Shown: one piece after another, positions 10,333 through 20,492 of the stretch | Position numbering within the stretch: position 1 is the first letter of the stretch | Layout of the letters: the number at the start of each line of letters is the position of its first letter | Assembly (NCBI GenBank): GCA_963765585.1 | Contig: CAVXXB010000008.1 | Coordinates: forward strand, 405,111 to 469,110 | Origin: Calditrichia bacterium | GTDB lineage: Bacteria > Calditrichota > Calditrichia > JAJRVZ01 | Direction of reading: 5' to 3' | Length of the DNA stretch: 64,000 nucleotides | Translations under genes and position numbers: made by a program | The notes under the pieces: generated by a model | The model's input: only the letters and a program-made list of their open reading frames with translations | Databases searched by the model: none | What the model was told of the DNA's origin: nothing

Positions 10333-12021
10333 TTAGTAGGATGGTAATATAAAGAACTCCTCCCCGGATATATTTTCTGGTTTCACCTGGCCCCAAATCT
10401 CAATTGTATTTTCATTAATACTTTTTATCACACTCCAGATTTTTCCTATTTTGACAACATCCCCGGTTTTCACACCCGTCAGGTTTTTCTGTGGTGATAT
10501 TGTTATCCTGGATACAAATTTGTTTTCATCATTGGAATATTCAATAATTTTTCCCTTGGCAGTATTCCTTTTATATTCATAATTAAAATCTGAATTTTCA
10601 GCTGCCCATTTTTCTGATATATTATAAATACTGTTTTGCTTAACATCAGGTGGAACACTTATATTTTTCGCTATTTCAATCGGACCATTTGCATTATTTT
10701 TAAACTGGTTTTTATGTATCATTGCGGCCGGAAAGTAAGAATATACAGAACGTACCGTAACCCCGGGTCCACCTGGATTGTCCATAATGATGTTGCCGGA
10801 TAGTTCCATATACGAATCCACACTTAATACACCTCCGCCCGGATTATATACGATTGTATTGCCGGTAATTTTTCCGCGGCCTTCCTTACTTAACCTAATA
10901 CCACCGGGTCCGCCACCTTCCGTATAGTTACCTGCAATAAAGTTATCCTGTATCAAGGGATGACTGGATCGCATGGCATAGATTCCGCCGCCATCATCAT
11001 CAGAACTATTCCCAAGAATAAAATTTTCGATGATATCGGGAAACGAAAAATACTCTACATAAATACCGCCGGCATCACTACGCCCCTGTGCCTTATTGTT
11101 CAGAATCAGGTTATTCTTTATAATCGGCCGGGCTTCGTACGCACACCCTATTGCAGCACCGTTGCTGCTGCGGGTACGTCCGGTATCATTAATACCGGAG
11201 TTATTCTCTAAAAACACATTGTTTTCTATTTTGACCCGCAAACCGTCAATCATGCGATTGTCAACAAACCTGGCTTCCGGACCACCCTTTACACGCACCC
11301 AACCATATACGGCAATTCCGGCACCCATACCGATACCGGTTTTGTTCTTATAAAAGATATTATTTCGAATCTCGGGTACAGCGTTAAACAAACAGGCGAT
11401 TCCGCCACCCTGGTTGCCTTCCTGGTGAATCCGGTTATAGTTAAAATTTTCCGGCGCCAGGGTCATATTATCCAAAATAATATTATTGCTGATTTCCGGC
11501 GAGGTATCATCACACAGAATGCCCGCGCCATGCCCCCGCACCCGGCCATTTGCAATAATAAATCCATCCAATATAGAGTGATCGGCAGCAATGATCACTC
11601 TGTTTTCACCCTTACCGCTCAGAAAAGTCCGGTATTGATAAATATCTCTTTGCCAATTGTCCTCTGAGAATCCACCATACAAATCTGTGTATTGTATCAT
11701 TTCCAGGCTGCCTGATTCGTAACGACCCTGTCCAACCAACACCGCAATACGATTTTTTTCAGATGAACCGGCAATCTGCGATAAGGCTTTTTTAACTGTC
11801 TGCCATGGTTGTTCGGGAGTCCCCTTACCATTTGTATCTGATCCCGATTTTACAGATACATACATTATAGATTGATATCGATCTGTATCGATTTTTTCAG
11901 TTTTAGGTCCCAGTTTATCGAGCCTGGATTGTAATTCCTCACCGGCAAGACAAGTGGTAAATAAAATGGCGATAATTATGATTGATTTTAAAATATGCAT
12001 AGATTCTCCACAGCTATTCAT
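10333..12021 (-). CDS. Secreted right-handed parallel beta-helix (PbH1) repeat protein, pectin-lyase-fold
   Basis: 562 aa with a signal peptide (likely true start at MHILKS...). Multiple NNI/NN(T/S)G beta-helix repeats. Confidence 0.65.
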   Translation of the reverse strand: MNSCGESMHILKSIIIIAILFTTCLAGEELQSRLDKLGPKTEKIDTDRYQSIMYVSVKSGSDTNGKGTPEQPWQTVKKALSQIAGSSEKNRIAVLVGQGRYESGSLEMIQYTDLYGGFSEDNWQRDIYQYRTFLSGKGENRVIIAADHSILDGFIIANGRVRGHGAGILCDDTSPEISNNIILDNMTLAPENFNYNRIHQEGNQGGGIACLFNAVPEIRNNIFYKNKTGIGMGAGIAVYGWVRVKGGPEARFVDNRMIDGLRVKIENNVFLENNSGINDTGRTRSSNGAAIGCAYEARPIIKNNLILNNKAQGRSDAGGIYVEYFSFPDIIENFILGNSSDDDGGGIYAMRSSHPLIQDNFIAGNYTEGGGPGGIRLSKEGRGKITGNTIVYNPGGGVLSVDSYMELSGNIIMDNPGGPGVTVRSVYSYFPAAMIHKNQFKNNANGPIEIAKNISVPPDVKQNSIYNISEKWAAENSDFNYEYKRNTAKGKIIEYSNDENKFVSRITISPQKNLTGVKTGDVVKIGKIWSVIKSINENTIEIWGQVKPENISGEEFFILPSY

Positions 12022-12192
12022 TGTGATATCTCCCGATTAACCGGGACCATACAAACAAGGTTCTTCTCCGGAAATATTTTCCGGAGAAAATTCATATAAA
12101 TTAATTTGTGAAACACATTATACCATAGCGCACACTTTTTCGCGGAGACGCGGATACGCAGAGTTTTACTCGGTACTCGCAGCTCTGTATTC

Positions 12193-12228
12193 ATCATAAA
12201 AAGAAGAGGAACGGTCTCAGACCGTTCC
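12193..12228 (-). terminator. Intrinsic terminator for the FG-GAP gene: perfect hairpin ggaacggtctcagaccgttcc followed by a T-run on the minus strand
   Basis: A 10-bp perfect stem lies 7 bp downstream of the stop at 12235. The minus strand reads hairpin then tcttcttttt. Confidence 0.7.
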
Positions 12229-12234
12229 CTACAA

Positions 12235-15072
12235 TTATTTAAAGCTAATTTTCACTTCGTTAAGTATAGGTGAATATGCGCCGTTATCGGTTGTAAAAAT
12301 GGCCTTGTATTGCAACCAGGTTGCATCAGACGGCAGATTGATAATTTTGCCCGGTTGGGTATAATACGTGTCCTTACCATCAGGCCCCATCCATTGGGCT
12401 TGATCCAACATTTCCACACTTTTTGCCGCACGTACCTGGAAATGTATTTTACTGCGATTTGGTGTTTCTGCCTGCCAGGCTATTTTTTCAGGAATTTTAC
12501 CTGCCAAATTATGAGCTGAAGATATATAACTGTATGCAAATTTTCTATTCTCAATATGTCCGATATCAATACCCACATCATAATGGACGCCCACACTGGG
12601 AATCTCATGGCGATTGTCTGCAGAAAAGCCCTTTTCGCTGCCCCAGTAAATAAGTGAATTAGTACTATGGTCACCAAATTTCCCAATCTCATCATAACTG
12701 CCATCATGACGATGACAAAAGAAAAACACATCCGTATATCCGTCCAGATTAAAATCACTTGCGATCGATCCCGTGGCACCATCCGTAGGTAATTTTATGC
12801 TATTTTCAAGCGAATATCCATCTTCACCTCCAAGCAGGATAGTTGAATGCCAGGATCTGCGGCCATTGCCTTTGTAAAAGGGGCATATTAAATCAAGCCA
12901 GTCATCTCCATTTACATCGGCGATGCACATTGTCTTGGCCATAACGCCGATTTTTGTGAGATGCTCCGGATCAAATGTGCCATCCGCATTCTGATAATAA
13001 ATCAACACATTTTTATCATGGGCAAAGACAATATCCAGGAGGCCATCTTTGTTCAAATCCGCCACTCCAGGCGTCCCGGCGCCATTGCTTTCAGAAATTC
13101 GGATTCGTTTATCTTCCTTGAATTCACGGGTACCGGTTCCATAATAGATGCTGGCATCACCCCATTTCCCCTGCTGACCAAATACGATATCCAGATGACC
13201 ATCCCGGTTGATATCGGCAATTGATGCAGCACGGGTCATCATTATTGGCAATGTTGTTCGATCTGTGATGGGCCAACCCTGCTCGCTGCCCCAATAAATA
13301 AACGAACCTGGAAGCGGATCCCCATTTTCTGATTTTTTTACAGGTGTGCCATTGGATATAAGCACATCCAGATAGCCATCACGATCCAGATCGGCCACTT
13401 CCACACCCAATCCGGAATATGACGGCAAACCACTCATTCGCCATGAATCAAAGTCATTATTCTGATTCCAATAGACAAACGCTTCATTGGCCAGCCGCGT
13501 AATTTCACCCCGGTTAAGTAATATGACATCCACCTGATTGTCATCGTCCAGATCGGCAAAAGCCTGTTCGTAGGATTCCCGACCCGGCAATTCGATCCGG
13601 TCATCGACATTATATTTTCCATTGGCATTTCCAAAATAGAGATAATTTGGATCATAGTCCCCGCGTGAATTTCCCATCATTGACGTAAAAACGATATCGA
13701 GATGTCCATCCCCATTCAGATCCGCAATCGCGTTACCCTGGGCTCCGTGCTCATAAAGAGGTGTGCGTTGGGTTTTAGTAAATCCATCGGGTGAATTCCA
13801 ATAGATAAATGATGGTACTTCATAAGAATAGTGTTCCTGGAAATTTGACACGACCAGGTCAACCCATCCATCGTTGTTCAGATCTGCCGCATTGGCGCCC
13901 CAGGCACCAATCGTCTGGATTGAAACACGATTTTCTTCCAGAAAGCCTTTTTCAGAACCATAATACAAATATGAATCAATTAAGCGATTCGCCAGCCTGG
14001 GATTCCCGGTAAGTGAATGCTGGTGATTGGTAAAGAACACATCCTGATGACCATCTTTATTAAAATCTGAGATTACGACATCTTTTGCCATATAGCTTGT
14101 AAATGATATAGACCTATCCGTCAAAAATCCGTCGGCACTATTTAAATATGCAAGTGATGTGGTTCCTTCCTGATTTGCAAAAACCACATCTTTTAAACCG
14201 TCACCATTAATATCATCGCAAGCGACTGCATGGGCCTTTTTTGTCGGTAATTTTGCCATTTCTTTTTCATCGAATCCGGATTCGGAGCCATAATAGATAT
14301 AAGATTCCGCCCCATCCCCATTGGCAAAAACCAGATCCGGCCAGTCATCGCCATTCAACTCATCGATCAAAACATCAGTGGCACCTACCGTCAGGACATT
14401 TGTAAATTTTTCCGGATCAAAGCCACTCTTTGCCCCCCAGTAAATCCTGCTGGGGGAAGAACCTTCACGATTTTTATCGCGATATTCCCAGAACCCGCCG
14501 GAGAATGCAAATACAATATCCTGAAAACCATCCTTGTTCAAATCGCCGATGGCTGCTTTTTGCGTATTGGATCCGGGAAGTTCAACACGCTCTGCAAAAG
14601 GATAAAAGCCCCATTTGTCAGGCGATGATTTAAAATCCGGATCTTTCAATCCACCGTAATATATAAAAGACGGCATCTCCGTCCAGGTGCCATTTGAATA
14701 ATTTGCTACAACTAAATCCTGATTACCATCCTGGTTCAGATCGCCAGGTGTCACCCACATGGGGCCGTTGGCCGGCACATAATTGTGATTCTTAATACTA
14801 AAATCTTTGCCGTTTCCCCAATAAATGGACAGATCAAGCATCTCGATCAGAGGATGCGAATTGGCACACAGGATATCGATATAGCCATCGTCATTGACGT
14901 CCCAGCGATTGATCATCTGTACCCGGCCGTTATGGGATACATACGTATTGGCGCCGGCATCATCAAACGTGCCGTCTGCAAAATCGGTAAATGTTTTTTC
15001 AATCCACACATCCTGGCTAAACAGTGATATACAACTGAATAGAAAGATTACCAATATCAAAAATGTTTTCAT
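12235..15072 (-). CDS. Secreted FG-GAP/VCBS repeat beta-propeller protein (945 aa)
   Basis: Signal peptide present. There are more than 10 repeats of D(L/I)NxDGxxD(I/L)V calcium-binding FG-GAP motifs. Confidence 0.7.
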   Translation of the reverse strand: MKTFLILVIFLFSCISLFSQDVWIEKTFTDFADGTFDDAGANTYVSHNGRVQMINRWDVNDDGYIDILCANSHPLIEMLDLSIYWGNGKDFSIKNHNYVPANGPMWVTPGDLNQDGNQDLVVANYSNGTWTEMPSFIYYGGLKDPDFKSSPDKWGFYPFAERVELPGSNTQKAAIGDLNKDGFQDIVFAFSGGFWEYRDKNREGSSPSRIYWGAKSGFDPEKFTNVLTVGATDVLIDELNGDDWPDLVFANGDGAESYIYYGSESGFDEKEMAKLPTKKAHAVACDDINGDGLKDVVFANQEGTTSLAYLNSADGFLTDRSISFTSYMAKDVVISDFNKDGHQDVFFTNHQHSLTGNPRLANRLIDSYLYYGSEKGFLEENRVSIQTIGAWGANAADLNNDGWVDLVVSNFQEHYSYEVPSFIYWNSPDGFTKTQRTPLYEHGAQGNAIADLNGDGHLDIVFTSMMGNSRGDYDPNYLYFGNANGKYNVDDRIELPGRESYEQAFADLDDDNQVDVILLNRGEITRLANEAFVYWNQNNDFDSWRMSGLPSYSGLGVEVADLDRDGYLDVLISNGTPVKKSENGDPLPGSFIYWGSEQGWPITDRTTLPIMMTRAASIADINRDGHLDIVFGQQGKWGDASIYYGTGTREFKEDKRIRISESNGAGTPGVADLNKDGLLDIVFAHDKNVLIYYQNADGTFDPEHLTKIGVMAKTMCIADVNGDDWLDLICPFYKGNGRRSWHSTILLGGEDGYSLENSIKLPTDGATGSIASDFNLDGYTDVFFFCHRHDGSYDEIGKFGDHSTNSLIYWGSEKGFSADNRHEIPSVGVHYDVGIDIGHIENRKFAYSYISSAHNLAGKIPEKIAWQAETPNRSKIHFQVRAAKSVEMLDQAQWMGPDGKDTYYTQPGKIINLPSDATWLQYKAIFTTDNGAYSPILNEVKISFK

Positions 15073-15335
15073 CTTATGTCCATTTTTTTCCTGATTGCCT
15101 TCATTTATAGAACGCTGAGTACGCTGAATACCGCGGAATATTTAAGAACAGAGTGTAAGCAATTTAAATTCTGAACCGGGTTCAGAATGACCTTATTGTC
15201 TTCCCGTATTTGGTTCGGGATCTAAATGGAGATATATTTTTTAAACTGTTATTTGGTAGTTATAAACGAACTCACAATAAATCTCTCATCTCTAATTTAT
15301 TAAAATCCGCCTTACTCTGAATAATCTGCGTTAAA

Positions 15336-16136
15336 TTACAGATCACGCTCATATAACAACATGAGAGTATTTGACATTTGGATACGTATTTCCCTGTATT
15401 TCTCATTATCTGCCTGACTCTCTGTAAGTTTGATTTCACGCGTCAGGTAGTTGATCAGTTCCTCTTTTGATCGTTGTGCATAATAACTATCAGGGAACCG
15501 ATCCATATAATCCTTAAATAGAATAAATCCCAGAGGCCATAATTGTTCAAAGTTACCCCATTTCTCAGATATTCTCTGATCTATAACCTGTAGAATACTT
15601 TTATTTGCTTCAAATGATCTGGTTTCAGAACTTTTATGTGCCATAAACTGATACTCAAAAAAAAGTTCATTCATAGCAATTAATTCTGATTCGGTGTTAC
15701 CAGTACCCAGTTCCGAGTAATAGTAACGCACAGAATCCAGCCAGGTCTGAATTTCAAATTTCGATAGTTTCTCCACATCCAGCTTATAATTTATGGGTAT
15801 GTTAAGCCAGAACTTCTCCACCTTGCCATTTACTGTGCCGGGTTCAAATTTTGCCGTCTTAATCATATCAAGTGCCGATTGATCCAATAATTGTGATCCG
15901 GATGATCGGTATATATCTGCCAGCGCTACATTACCCTGTTCATCAATCATTACTTTTAACTGTACTGATCCGGATATATTATATTCATAGGCCTCCCTGG
16001 GATACTCAAATGCGATATGTGTGGAAAGTAATTTTGGGTAAACTATCCCCGATTTGTTCTGTTTTTGTGGATGACATCCTAACAGAAAACAAAATAAAAA
16101 TAATAACAGATATTTTGACGCAATGTGTCTTATCAT
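15336..16136 (-). CDS. Lipoprotein with a TonB C-terminal-like domain
   Basis: 266 aa with a signal peptide and lipobox (LLGCHPQ). The segment YPREAYEYNISGSVQLKVMIDEQGNV...SSGSQLLDQSALDMIKTAKFEP matches the TonB_C fold signature. Confidence 0.55.
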   Translation of the reverse strand: MIRHIASKYLLLFLFCFLLGCHPQKQNKSGIVYPKLLSTHIAFEYPREAYEYNISGSVQLKVMIDEQGNVALADIYRSSGSQLLDQSALDMIKTAKFEPGTVNGKVEKFWLNIPINYKLDVEKLSKFEIQTWLDSVRYYYSELGTGNTESELIAMNELFFEYQFMAHKSSETRSFEANKSILQVIDQRISEKWGNFEQLWPLGFILFKDYMDRFPDSYYAQRSKEELINYLTREIKLTESQADNEKYREIRIQMSNTLMLLYERDL

Positions 16137-16164
16137 ATAAATCTGTTTTGAAACGACTAAATCG

Positions 16165-17424
16165 TCATTTCTGTGAAGTTGATAATTTTACTGAAACCGG
16201 ATTATCCAGCTTTAATATCTCTAATTCCAGATATTTACGGAACTGTTCTTCGGTTGTTATGCCGCCCGGCTCCTGTCCCCAGGCCGCCAGGAAATAATAC
16301 GTCATATTTTCCTGTTCTGGTTTCAGAATTACTATGTGACTCTGACCATCATCGGCTCTTTCAATTAAATTCGATTTTTTATATAAAACCGCCATACCGA
16401 GTAAATCCTGTTCATTGACAAGCGTTTGCGCGCCAAAGGTAGCCAGATATTGCCATTCACTATCTCCGGATGATTCTAATAAATCCGCCATTTCATGCTT
16501 TACCAACCCGGTACAGATGTTTTCAGCTCCACCTTTTATAGTGATATCGTGTCTGGTTTTACGGTCACCGGCCGCAATCGATAATTTTGATTGTAAATCA
16601 TATTTTTTGTCCGCCACCTGCCAGCCATAATAATCCGTCTGTATCCGTGAATATACCGGACCATTTGCTACAATCGCGCAGGTAATGCTATCTGTCACTG
16701 ATACCATTTTAACTTCGCTATCATTCCACATACCAATGGATCCGATTCCGAGTGTTGATCCTACCTTCAGTACATCCACTCCCCAATCGGCCATTTCATG
16801 GTATGAATCAAATCCGTCCTGTCCTACGTTTTGTAACACCATTTCGCTGGTCTTTTTGCCGAAGATATCTGTTGCATTGCGCCAGTCCAGATAGAATCGA
16901 TAACCAACCTTATCAGACTCCCAACCGGGACCCTCATAGCGAAAATAGGTATCATGATCTGTATGGACATCCGGAACCCGTACATAGGAAACATTTTCGA
17001 ATTTCCCGCCGATATATTTTTTATCTTCAAATTTTCCACCAACTTTATGGGATAATTCCGCCTGTGTTCTCTTTGTGTATGGTTTTTCAATCGCCACACC
17101 GGGTGTCGAAATTATTAATAATTCTCGTTCTTCATTTGGTTGAAGATCTGTTACCAGTACCAGCATATCATTCTGACCATCCTGATTCCGGTCATCCAAC
17201 TGACAAGGGACTGCATCTTCCCCATGATATACCATTAATGCCCTCTCATTAAATTCGCTGTTACCGGCTTTTAGATCGGCTACAGGTAGTTCAATTAACA
17301 CATCCTTTAGTGGTTGATCCAGATTATTTTTCACCTTCAAATCATATTTAATTGGTCCGCTGCAGGAACTCAATACAACAATAATAATTAGCGACAGAAA
17401 AATTTTCATTTTATAGACCTCCAA
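16165..17424 (-). CDS. Hypothetical lipoprotein (possibly DUF4861-type, associated with hexuronate/pectin loci)
   Basis: 419 aa with a signal peptide and LSSCSG lipobox. No catalytic motifs recognised. The family assignment rests on weak recollection only. Confidence 0.4.
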   Translation of the reverse strand: MEVYKMKIFLSLIIIVVLSSCSGPIKYDLKVKNNLDQPLKDVLIELPVADLKAGNSEFNERALMVYHGEDAVPCQLDDRNQDGQNDMLVLVTDLQPNEERELLIISTPGVAIEKPYTKRTQAELSHKVGGKFEDKKYIGGKFENVSYVRVPDVHTDHDTYFRYEGPGWESDKVGYRFYLDWRNATDIFGKKTSEMVLQNVGQDGFDSYHEMADWGVDVLKVGSTLGIGSIGMWNDSEVKMVSVTDSITCAIVANGPVYSRIQTDYYGWQVADKKYDLQSKLSIAAGDRKTRHDITIKGGAENICTGLVKHEMADLLESSGDSEWQYLATFGAQTLVNEQDLLGMAVLYKKSNLIERADDGQSHIVILKPEQENMTYYFLAAWGQEPGGITTEEQFRKYLELEILKLDNPVSVKLSTSQK

Positions 17425-17678
17425 TGGTTATAATAAATACTACCACAATAATTGTTTCTTGATACACGAATATATATCCGATTATTTTTTACTGCAATTT
17501 TTTTATATTCATTATATGTCCTGGCCTAATGTTTACAAATTTTTAACCGGCAAGTGCGCAGAGAATGACGGAAATAGGTACGGACGAAATCAATAATTAT
17601 TATTCGTTTGTTAACACATAGCCAAGACAATACAAATTATAATATTGCGAGATAAAGCAGATTGGATATAAAATTTCC

Positions 17679-17698
17679 GGAACGGTCTGAGACCGTTC
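17679..17698 (-). terminator. Second copy of the hairpin ggaacggtctgagaccgttc, downstream of the Ldh_2 gene
   Basis: Same stem sequence as at 12208..12228. It lies ~60 nt downstream of the stop at 17759. Confidence 0.5.
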
Positions 17699-17758
17699 AC
17701 TACCAATACATTTGAATATCTAACCTCTAACCAAATTTTCGATACCACAAAATAAAAA

Positions 17759-18760
17759 TTAAACCATTTCCAAAATCTCTTGCCAGTAGTCATAATCAAC
17801 CGGGATTCCATTTTTTAAATTTTCTTTTCTTCTGATCAATGTCTGTTCGCCGGGATAATATATATTTGCACCTTGATGTATTTTATCAGAAGACCGATTG
17901 TACTCTAAAATATTATCAATTATTGCATCCGAATCTATTACACCGGGCTTGGAAGCATCGATGGCGATAAATATCTGTGATAATCCATATTCGTGATCAC
18001 GTTTTCCGATTTGATGCACCGCATCCCCCTCTGACAAAATTGCTGCAATAATATCGAGCATCATAGATAAACCGGACCCTTTCCAAAAGCCGATGGGCAA
18101 AAGACGTTCCGTCTGCTCAATTTCGCCAGGATCACGGCTTAGATTTCCATTGTGATCATACCCGCCATCCATGGGTAAGGATTCATTATTCCGCCGGAAT
18201 GATTCCAGTTTGCCGTAAGAAAACAACGACAATGCCATATCCAAAACAATATGTCCTTCAGATCGTGGTACGGCCATCACAAATGGGTTATTTCCCAATT
18301 TAGCCTCAGTAGCACCCCAGGGCGGTAAATTTGGTTTCGTATTTGTCCAACAGATTCCGATGCAGTTAGCATCTGCTGCCTGCCAGCCGTAGGATCCACC
18401 GCGTAGCCAGTGATTGGTATTGCGCAAAGCAACACACCCTAAACCCTGTGTTTTTGCGATCTCAATTGCTCTTTGCATGCAGGCGTAGGCATTCAGATTC
18501 CCTGGACCAAGACTGCCGTCCCAGTTTTCAACAGTTCCATTTTTCTTCCGGCATTTTGCCAGTGCATCCGGTTTAATATATCCGCGTTGTATGCCGCGAA
18601 TATATGCAGGGAATCTGTTTATGCCATGGGAGGCAAATCCATCCAGATTGGTCTCTGTGAATAACCGGGCTGATAAATCTGCCCGCTTATCACTAAAATT
18701 ATACTTGATTAGAATCTGTTTTAGAGTTTGGTGAAGATCTTTGTATGGAATACGTTGCAT
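17759..18760 (-). CDS. yiaK: Ldh_2-family dehydrogenase, YiaK-like 3-dehydro-L-gulonate 2-dehydrogenase / 2,3-diketo-L-gulonate reductase
   Basis: Blocks NRFP, ALRNTNHWLRGGSYGWQAA, IGICWTN, PWGA..LGNNP, FSYGKLE and GFWKGSG match my recollection of E. coli YiaK. The ORF track starts at 18838, but the first 26 codons are read from the repeat element, so the true start is likely the M of MQRIPYKDL (~18760). Confidence 0.8.
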   Translation of the reverse strand: MQRIPYKDLHQTLKQILIKYNFSDKRADLSARLFTETNLDGFASHGINRFPAYIRGIQRGYIKPDALAKCRKKNGTVENWDGSLGPGNLNAYACMQRAIEIAKTQGLGCVALRNTNHWLRGGSYGWQAADANCIGICWTNTKPNLPPWGATEAKLGNNPFVMAVPRSEGHIVLDMALSLFSYGKLESFRRNNESLPMDGGYDHNGNLSRDPGEIEQTERLLPIGFWKGSGLSMMLDIIAAILSEGDAVHQIGKRDHEYGLSQIFIAIDASKPGVIDSDAIIDNILEYNRSSDKIHQGANIYYPGEQTLIRRKENLKNGIPVDYDYWQEILEMV

Positions 18761-18774
18761 ATTTTTCTCGCTTC

Positions 18775-19052
18775 TGGATACAAGATACAGGATACAGTAT
18801 TCAGGATACAAGATGCTGGATGCTACTTTCATTGTCATCTCGAAGAGATCTTTCCGGATTGCTGGTGCCCTTTTCGACGGGAAGATTCCTTCGGAATGAC
18901 ATAAGAATTACTTAGTACCCTGGATATAGTATCCTGCATATTGCTTCGGCTATAAGGTCCTTTCAGGAAGACAATTCGGTGCCACCTCTATACTGAAGCC
19001 TGGCGCCTGAAACCTGGGGCCTGTATCTTGCATCCAGCATCCAGTATCTGCT
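18775..19052. repeat. MITE-like dispersed element, copy A
   Basis: The low-complexity arm caagatacaggatacag... at 18781 pairs with the inverted arm ...ctgtatcttgcatccagcatccagtatctg at 19021..19050. The core tgtcatctcgaagagatctttccggattgctggtgc...gaagattccttcggaatgacataagaatta is near-identical to 21796..21880. Confidence 0.8.
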
Positions 19053-19056
19053 CTTC

Positions 19057-20478
19057 TCACAGTTTATAATTCTTCTTTGCCAGATTGTATGATAAATCAA
19101 CGATGATTTCTTTTGCTTCATCCATATCCAACACCCCGTCCAGTACCAGTTCGGCCAGATATCGTGAATCAATGCGCCGTGCAAGGTCATGGCGGGCCGG
19201 GATTGATGGAAAAGCACGTGTATCATCAATAAAACCCACCGTATTATAAAAACCTGCGGTTTCGGTTACATGGCGCCTGAAGCGTAACATTCCCTCGCGA
19301 CTGTCATGGAACCACCACGATGGCCCCAATCTCAATGCCGGATAATGTCCGGCCAGGGGTGCCAGTTCGCGGGAATAAGTGGACTCATCAAGGGTGAACA
19401 AAATTAATGTCAGATTTTTGTCATTACCAAATTTATCTAACAGCGGTTTTAGATTATGTACATAATCTGTGGTTACCGGAATATCACATCCTTTGTCCGC
19501 ACCAAATTTCTTAAAAATGTCCGGATTATAATTTCGGTATGATCCCGGATGGATTTGCATGGTCATGCCGTCTTCCGTGGCCATTCGGGCCATTTCCATC
19601 AACATATGTCCGGTAAAGATGGTCGCATCCTCATCCGTTGCTTTTCCCGCCAGTCCTTTTTGAAATAATTTTTCTGCTTCGTCTGCGCTAATTTTTATGG
19701 TAAAGGGTGAATTCACGCCGTGATCGGTTGAAGTACAACCCATGGACTTGAAAAATGCACGCTGGTTTTCCAAGGCGGTGATAAACTGAGTGTAGTCCTT
19801 ACAATCCATATCGGATAAGAGGCTCAACCGGTCAATTTGGGTCTTCCAGTCCGGAAATAACATATTTGTCACATTATCCGGCCGGAATGCCGGAACAATC
19901 TTACCATCCCAGTCGCTTTCCTTAATTGTTTTATGATGAACCAGCGTATCGGTGGGTGAATCTGTCGTACTCAATACCTCGATATTAAAACGATCAAACA
20001 TAGCGCGTGGATAGTTTTCCGGTTTTTGTAATGCAACTTCTATCTGATCATAAATATCCATCGCTGTGTCAGAATTCAATTGCTGTTTTATATCAAATAC
20101 ATCATGTAGTTCATGTTTGAGCCACATTCCGGTGGGTGTACCCCGGAAAAGATAAAAATTATCAGCAAAAATTTGCCAAATCTTTTTATGATCGGCTTCT
20201 GTTTTTCCGCCATCAGCCCTGGGAACACCAAGCGCCTCCAGATCAATTCCCTGGGAATAGAGCATCCGGAACACATAATGATCCGGAATAATTAATAATT
20301 CTGCCGGATCGGGAAATGGTGTATTTTCAGCAAATATTTTTGGATCCACATGTCCGTGGGGACAGATCAATGGTAGATCCTTAACTATTTCATATAATTC
20401 ACGGGCTATTTTGCGTTCTTCGGTGTTGGCACCAAGGTAACGATCTCCATTGAGTTTCAACTGTTTTTCTCCGGACAT
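19057..20478 (-). CDS. uxaC: Glucuronate isomerase (uronate isomerase)
   Basis: 473 aa. Full-length similarity to UxaC: ICPHGHVDP at the N-terminal metal site, and the C-terminal LGPSWWFHDSREGMLRFRRHV...GFIDDTRAFPSIPARHDLARR matching E. coli FGSGWWFNDQKDGMERQ...[20 protein letters not shown]. Confidence 0.9.
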   Translation of the reverse strand: MSGEKQLKLNGDRYLGANTEERKIARELYEIVKDLPLICPHGHVDPKIFAENTPFPDPAELLIIPDHYVFRMLYSQGIDLEALGVPRADGGKTEADHKKIWQIFADNFYLFRGTPTGMWLKHELHDVFDIKQQLNSDTAMDIYDQIEVALQKPENYPRAMFDRFNIEVLSTTDSPTDTLVHHKTIKESDWDGKIVPAFRPDNVTNMLFPDWKTQIDRLSLLSDMDCKDYTQFITALENQRAFFKSMGCTSTDHGVNSPFTIKISADEAEKLFQKGLAGKATDEDATIFTGHMLMEMARMATEDGMTMQIHPGSYRNYNPDIFKKFGADKGCDIPVTTDYVHNLKPLLDKFGNDKNLTLILFTLDESTYSRELAPLAGHYPALRLGPSWWFHDSREGMLRFRRHVTETAGFYNTVGFIDDTRAFPSIPARHDLARRIDSRYLAELVLDGVLDMDEAKEIIVDLSYNLAKKNYKL

Positions 20479-20492
20479 ACAAACTCCTTTTT

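Noticed and set aside
18761-18838. Longest-ORF N-terminus of the yiaK-like gene (MTMKVASSILYPEYCILYLVSRSEKN)
   Set aside because: These codons are read from the ggatacag low-complexity arm of MITE-like copy A. The downstream Met (MQRIPYKDL) is the more plausible start.
18963-19229. 88-aa -strand ORF
   Set aside because: It overlaps the 3' end of uxaC in another frame and begins inside MITE-like copy A. There is no independent support.
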